A stretch of 64,000 nucleotides of DNA, from the NCBI GenBank assembly GCA_963666315.2, contig CAXXHG010000040.1, positions 1-64,000 on the forward strand, given 5' to 3'. Below the pieces are notes generated by a model, which worked only from the letters and a program-made list of their open reading frames with translations, had not been told where the DNA came from and made no database searches. The position numbers were made by a program, and so were the translations under genes. Shown in pieces: positions 58,872 through 64,000 of this stretch. Position 1 is the stretch's first letter. Every line of letters starts with the position of its first letter. The stretch is from Candidatus Binatia bacterium (GTDB lineage Bacteria > Desulfobacterota > Binatia > Bin18).

Positions 58872-59189
58872 GGAACGGTCCCCTCCGGTCCCGTCATTGC
58901 CTTGGAATTCTTGTAGGGTGCAGCCTCACCGCCCGGACTCGACGAACTGACTTAACCCAAAAGTCCCTTGCACCTTTCTTCATTTTCCCTTTTGCCCTCC
59001 TTCGTGCGAATGGAACAATTCAAACCTGGCCAACCTGCAACACAGCCTGGATTTTGGGGCTCTATCCGAGAAGCGCTCCGGGGCAGCCGTCTTCTGGGCA
59101 ATTGCGATTTCTTATTCCATATCAGCAGTGGTGGGAACGGTCTTGTTTCGTCGTGGCGGTCGGAAGACTCGTCAGATTTAACCATCTGG

Positions 59190-59221
59190 TGTCGGATTAC
59201 GCTACGCTAATCCGACCTACG
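59190..59221. repeat. REP-like palindrome (GTAG-type)
   Basis: gtcggattacgctacgctaatccgacctac. Confidence 0.65.
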
Positions 59222-59232
59222 GGATAGACAAT

Positions 59233-59264
59233 AAAAAAGGGGCAGGAAAAATCCTGCCCCTTTT
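59233..59264 (-). terminator. Intrinsic terminator of the 59295-61019 gene (bidirectional shape)
   Basis: aaaaaa-ggggcagga-aaaa-tcctgcccc-tttt. Confidence 0.85.
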
Positions 59265-59294
59265 CGGTTCGTGCGTTATGAACGGGTATGCGGC

Positions 59295-61019
59295 TTAGTC
59301 TCTGCCGTGGCGCAGCAGGTGGCCTGGGGTTGCGCCCGTGCATTTGCCGTCTTCAAAAGTGACGTCGCCGTTCACCATGATCCAGCGATAGCCTTCAGCG
59401 TATTGTACGCGCCGCCATTCGCCACCTGGGAAGTCGTGGACGACTTTCGGCTTCTCTGGGGTGAGCTTCAAGTTCTCAAGGTCGTAGACGACCACATCTG
59501 CCGGTGTACCTTCACGCAGGATGCCACGACCTTCGAAGCCGGCGCACTCGGCAGGCATACCGCTCAGCCGATAGTGGGCTTCTTCCAGGCTCATAAAGCC
59601 GGCATCGCGAACCATCCAGGTCAACATATCAGTCGGGTAGGCACCCAGGGTGATGAACTTGGTATGGGCGCCACCGTCTGACACGCCGGCCATACTGTAC
59701 GGGGAGGCCATCAGCTCGGACACATAGTCTGCGCGTACGTTGCGAGCTGGAGTGAGGAATTCGGTTCCCAGCTTATCCTCAACAGCAATATCGAACATCG
59801 CGTCCATGGGATGCTTATTCTCCATTTTGGCGACTTCTTCGATCGTCTTGCCAATAAATTTTTCGAACTTCTTATTCACCACGGATTCAATCGTGAAATT
59901 TTTGAACGATCCGGTCACGACCGGCGTATGTCCGGTATCATATTCTGCGACCAGAGCCTGGCGAATAGCAGGATTTTTGAGCTTTTCGAGACGTTCGGCT
60001 GGGGTGCCCAAGGTCACTTCACGTACGACATCATTTCCGTCGAAGAGTCCCGTTATTTCACCAAAATTGAAGTACAACCCTTGGCGCATGACTGCGGTCT
60101 GGTTGTAGATTTTGCGGCCGGCTTTGTTCGTCTTTTCCATCCAGCGCAAGATGCGGCGGTGTATGCTCGGCCGGTCGTCACGCGTAGCCGTGGCATTAAA
60201 CAAGATGGGACGGCCACAGTCATCGGCCAGGCGATCGTAGAATTTCATATCGGCTTCAAAGTCCGGGCTGGCTTGGGTGAGCTGGATGAAGCCTTCTCCA
60301 CGCTCCTTCAACACCCGGCCAAAGGCCAGTACGTCTTCGTCCGCCATAGTGTCCGTCACCATCGGGGTGCCATCGTAGTCGCGCTGGACAGAGATAAAGC
60401 CATCACCCAAACGCTGAGCCGAGAATCCACAGCCACCGGCATCCAGGGATTCACTCAGAATCTGAGCCATAGCTTTCTTTTCTTTGTCTGTAGCCGGACG
60501 ACTCTTGGCCGCTTCGAGCCCCATGGTCCAGATCATAATCGGCGCAATAGGCACAAAGCTGAGGACGTTCACTCCTTTGGGCAGCTTATCAAGGGAGTCC
60601 ATCCACTCTGGGAAAGTGACCCAGTCCCACTTCATGCCAGCCTTCATAGACTCGTACGGAATGGCTTCGACGCGTGACATGGACAACATAGCCCGTTCGC
60701 GCATCTCGGGTTTCACCGGAGCGAAACCAAATCCACAGTTGCCGATTACAATCGAAGTTACCCCGTGCCAGCCAGACAGGGTGACGTAGGGGTCCCAGTT
60801 AATCTGGGCATCGTAGTGGGTGTGTAGATCAATAAAGCCCGGTGCAACGACTAACCCATGCGCATCAAGCGTTTTTTTGGCATCGCTCGGGCTGAGTTTG
60901 CCATTCGGCTCGATCTTGGCAATCTTGCCGTCTTTAATACCGACGTCACCCAGGTAACGCGGGGTGCGGGAACCATCAACGATGGTGCCGCCTTGGATAA
61001 GAACATCATATTCAGCCAT
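59295..61019 (-). CDS. N-acyl-D-amino-acid deacylase-family amidohydrolase
   Basis: PGFIDLHTHYDAQ, GNCGFGFAP, SDGGAH, ADVVVYD. Confidence 0.9.
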   Translation of the reverse strand: MAEYDVLIQGGTIVDGSRTPRYLGDVGIKDGKIAKIEPNGKLSPSDAKKTLDAHGLVVAPGFIDLHTHYDAQINWDPYVTLSGWHGVTSIVIGNCGFGFAPVKPEMRERAMLSMSRVEAIPYESMKAGMKWDWVTFPEWMDSLDKLPKGVNVLSFVPIAPIMIWTMGLEAAKSRPATDKEKKAMAQILSESLDAGGCGFSAQRLGDGFISVQRDYDGTPMVTDTMADEDVLAFGRVLKERGEGFIQLTQASPDFEADMKFYDRLADDCGRPILFNATATRDDRPSIHRRILRWMEKTNKAGRKIYNQTAVMRQGLYFNFGEITGLFDGNDVVREVTLGTPAERLEKLKNPAIRQALVAEYDTGHTPVVTGSFKNFTIESVVNKKFEKFIGKTIEEVAKMENKHPMDAMFDIAVEDKLGTEFLTPARNVRADYVSELMASPYSMAGVSDGGAHTKFITLGAYPTDMLTWMVRDAGFMSLEEAHYRLSGMPAECAGFEGRGILREGTPADVVVYDLENLKLTPEKPKVVHDFPGGEWRRVQYAEGYRWIMVNGDVTFEDGKCTGATPGHLLRHGRD

Positions 61020-61254
61020 ATTTTCCCTCCCTTTTGGGTAACAAAATGAACCAGAAAAATTGAACGCTCACTCAGGATCTGTATCGAACCATGCCACAGG
61101 CCAACTAGCGGTGTCAACACAGCAGTATTTGTTTTTCTGATTGTTTCATACAAAGTACGAGCAAAGCATGAGAAAGCAAAGAGGTCTGCTAAGAATGGGC
61201 CGAAGGAGCGGCAGCGAATGCGGTTTCCCTCCCGCCGTAGTATCGTCCGTCCTC

Positions 61255-62355
61255 CTACTGAATGCCGTATAGTTCGGCGGCATTCCCGCCAACAACCTTT
61301 GCTAGGATGTCTGCCGGCGCTAGGAAGAAGTGTTCAGCGATATACTCCTTGGAGCGCGGCCAGGGCGAGTCGGTATGCGGATAGTCTGACGACCACATGA
61401 TCTTGTTCATGTCGAAGCGTTTCTGGGTGTCGATCCACACATCCTCAAATTGGAACGTCGCCCAGACTTGGCGTTTAATATACTCGCTGGGCATCATCGA
61501 CAGTTGGACATTTTCGAAGTGGCGCAGCCGATCATAGCCGTGGTCGAGTCGGTACATAAAATGCGGCAGCCAGGAGACGTCGTTCTCAGCCGAGACGATT
61601 TTCAGTTTGGGATGGCGCTCAAACACACCACCGTAGACCATGTCCGCCAAGGTGATCTGAATTTCCTGCGGCAGGCTCATATAGGAGCGCAGGATCTTAC
61701 TGAAGTCGATGCCATGGCCACGTCGGGAGGTCAGGATATGGAGCGAGAGCGGCATATTGAGGTCAGCCGCCGCAGCCCAGAAGGGGTCGTATTCTTTGCT
61801 GCTATACGGACGATCGTCAGGCGGTGCACCCCAAATGAGAGCGCCTCGCATGCCCATTTTGGCGATCCGTTCAAGTTCTCGAATACCGGCGGGAATGTCT
61901 TCAAGCGTCACTGCGCCAAGGCCGATAAGCCGATTCGGAGCGTGCGTGCAATATTCAGCCCCCCAGTTGTTGAAAGCGCTGAAGGCGGACGCCCGCAGCT
62001 CAGCGTCTTCCAAGCCAAACAGCAACATGCCCATCGAAGTATACATCGCTTCGGCAGTCACCCCATCGCGTTCTTGGTCTTTGAGGCGTTCCGCAGGGTC
62101 CCAGACACTCTTGGGCGCGACCTCGAAGCCTTTTTGCATATGCCCAGGCAGCTCTTCCGCGCTTTTGCCCGAGCCAAAGAAGCCGGCCACAGGAACTGGA
62201 GTGATGTTTTCACACACAAAGAATTCACCGTCTTTTCCATCGTGTCCGTGTATAGTGTGCGGGGCACGGTCACGGAACTTCTTGTCCATGCGTTCCGCCC
62301 ACATATCAGGGGGTTCGACAAAATGTGAATCGCCGGAAATGATACGATATGCCAT
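61255..62355 (-). CDS. Amidohydrolase family protein
   Basis: SGDSHFVEPP, FNNW, GVFERHP, WSSDYPH. Confidence 0.9.
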   Translation of the reverse strand: MAYRIISGDSHFVEPPDMWAERMDKKFRDRAPHTIHGHDGKDGEFFVCENITPVPVAGFFGSGKSAEELPGHMQKGFEVAPKSVWDPAERLKDQERDGVTAEAMYTSMGMLLFGLEDAELRASAFSAFNNWGAEYCTHAPNRLIGLGAVTLEDIPAGIRELERIAKMGMRGALIWGAPPDDRPYSSKEYDPFWAAAADLNMPLSLHILTSRRGHGIDFSKILRSYMSLPQEIQITLADMVYGGVFERHPKLKIVSAENDVSWLPHFMYRLDHGYDRLRHFENVQLSMMPSEYIKRQVWATFQFEDVWIDTQKRFDMNKIMWSSDYPHTDSPWPRSKEYIAEHFFLAPADILAKVVGGNAAELYGIQ

Positions 62356-62655
62356 GCGCTGACCCTCCTTTAGTCAAAGCTAACCGACTGCCTAGTGAAC
62401 TGTTTGGATGCGTCGCATTTCTACTTGGTCCTCATGAGGCTGCCCTGTCGGGTCGGTGATGTATGACTCGTAGGGTGGGCTCTTATTGCTGATGCGGGCG
62501 GGCATCGCGTGTTTCCCCGTTGCAGCGCTACTTGTCTCATCCCAATTGAGGAGACTGCCGGAGTTGGATACTGGCCGCTTCGCTATGTAATGTTGAGAAT
62601 GTAGGACCGTTGCATAAAGAAAGTCAAACGGCCAACGGCCCGCGGCCAACGGCCG

Positions 62656-63066
62656 CTAGGCCCCGTCCATATGTACTTTCCTGCTGGTAAACAGCCACCG
62701 GCCGTTGTGTTTGACCAGATGGTCCTCATATTCCCCTGTAATCATCATCTTGGTGTCTGTTTCTTTGGTCGTTGACGTCATCATGAGGAAGCGGCGAGAG
62801 TGCGCGCTCTCTCCGTCAACCTCAGTCATGATGTTCGTCACGTAATGACGCAGATTTGGGGTATCGGCGGTCAGCCGTTTGACCTCTGCGGTAAAACGGT
62901 CGAGTTCGCTGTGGGCGGCAAGCCGACCGATCATACCGTCAAAAACGCCATCCGGGGTAAAGCAGTCAGCCCAGCCCTGAAAATCGTTATGGTCAATCGC
63001 AAAATTGTAACGTGCAATCAGCTCAGCAATAGCGGCCTTTTCGCTCGCAAGCATATCTGGTGTCAT
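62656..63066 (-). CDS. SnoaL/NTF2-like protein
   Basis: IARYNFAID, WADCFTPDG, RHYVTN, GEYEDHLVK..GRWLF. Confidence 0.85.
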   Translation of the reverse strand: MTPDMLASEKAAIAELIARYNFAIDHNDFQGWADCFTPDGVFDGMIGRLAAHSELDRFTAEVKRLTADTPNLRHYVTNIMTEVDGESAHSRRFLMMTSTTKETDTKMMITGEYEDHLVKHNGRWLFTSRKVHMDGA

Positions 63067-63351
63067 AGGGCATTCCTCCTAGAAGTTTTCTTAAGCATTC
63101 CGCATAGCAAGCTTCACGCTCGGCGACAAGGAACGATCCTTGGACACTGCTGTTTACCGACTCTGTTTGGCAATATTTGACAGCATGGGCCTCCCCAGAG
63201 TAATCAAATGCGTACAGAATAGAGCGCATGTGTAGCGCTGCAGTCAGGACAGGGACGCCGGACTACACCGCTGCTGATCAAGAGCGCCACAGTGGTCGAT
63301 AGCTCGGTGCCCCGCATTCGCTGACCACGATACTACGTTAAGGGGAGAAAG

Positions 63352-64000
63352 ATGGATAAAGAGATGAGTAAAGAAATGGGTGTACGAGAGGTGGGGCTGG
63401 TCTTGTGTCTGGTCTTGGGCATGACTCTCAAGCCCGTCTGGGTTCAGGCTCAAGAGCAAGCGCAAGAAGCGGTGCAAGAAATGACACAAGCAGTAGCCCT
63501 AGCGGCTGCTGAAGATGCCAATCCGGAGCCGGGTCCAGAGCAGTCGTCCGCCCAAGAGTCTGCAGAATCAGCGCAGCAAGCAGAATTAGCAGAACTTGCA
63601 GAACCCGCAGAACCCGCAGAGCTAGCAGAACTGGCAGAGCCATCTGGGCAAGCAGAAGCAGCAGGACCTGCAGAACCTACGCAATCAGTGCCGCCAGCGA
63701 AAACCATGACTCTCGCATTGGCTGAGCATATTCTGGATGCCGCTCGGGCCCAAGCACAGGCTGAGGGATGGCGGATGAGCTTGGCCGTTATGGACGCCGC
63801 GGGCAATCTAGTGGCAATGATTCGGATGGACGGGGCACGCTGGATGACTGCGCAAGTGGCACAGGCCAAAGCCTTTACTGCGGTAACTTTCCGCCGGCCT
63901 TCGGCAGCAGTAGAAGAGCTGGCAGAGCAGCGACCGGATTTGTTTAAGAGTCTGGTGACGTTGATCGATCGGCCGCTTTTGCTCGCTGGAGGGGGCTTGC
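63352..64000 (+). CDS. Exported GlcG/HbpS-family haem-binding protein with an acidic low-complexity linker (runs off the window)
   Basis: SD ggggag; signal-like VGLVLCLVLG..VQA; AEL/AEP repeats; LAVMDAAGNL..RMDGA, KAFTA, GGGL. Confidence 0.8.
   Translation, partial: MDKEMSKEMGVREVGLVLCLVLGMTLKPVWVQAQEQAQEAVQEMTQAVALAAAEDANPEPGPEQSSAQESAESAQQAELAELAEPAEPAELAELAEPSGQAEAAGPAEPTQSVPPAKTMTLALAEHILDAARAQAQAEGWRMSLAVMDAAGNLVAMIRMDGARWMTAQVAQAKAFTAVTFRRPSAAVEELAEQRPDLFKSLVTLIDRPLLLAGGGL

Noticed and set aside
59271-62362. Long plus-strand ORFs (e.g. 59811-60677, 61450-62328)
   Set aside because: Antisense shadows of well-supported minus-strand amidohydrolases; the same applies to most short overlapping ORFs in the track

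Overview
Bacterial chromosomal window dominated by catabolic genes: 4 luciferase-like (LLM) flavin oxidoreductases, 5 amidohydrolases, 5 SDRs (2 broken), alpha/beta hydrolases, a Rieske oxygenase pair, VOC proteins and a cyclase. It also carries leuCD, moaA and cnoX, a cobalt-type nitrile hydratase operon and a lanthanide-type PQQ dehydrogenase (xoxF-like) with a XoxJ-cytochrome c fusion. This repertoire resembles Binatota/Tectomicrobia-like uncultured lineages (inference only). Accessory material includes a decayed islet (IS701 fragment, DUF1353 and DUF1643 phage-type genes), four toxin-antitoxin loci (three damaged), a 3'-half tRNA (att-like) and several short repeat families. The most striking candidate system is a TPP-dependent E1alpha/E1beta/E2 operon with no E3, whose lipoylated E2 is fused to a two-cysteine OsmC/Ohr domain. 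That operon is interrupted by a four-helix-bundle gene bracketed by inverted 7-bp repeat arrays. Several genes have single-base indels in homopolymers, which may be assembly errors. All family calls come from motif recognition by eye; no database search was run.
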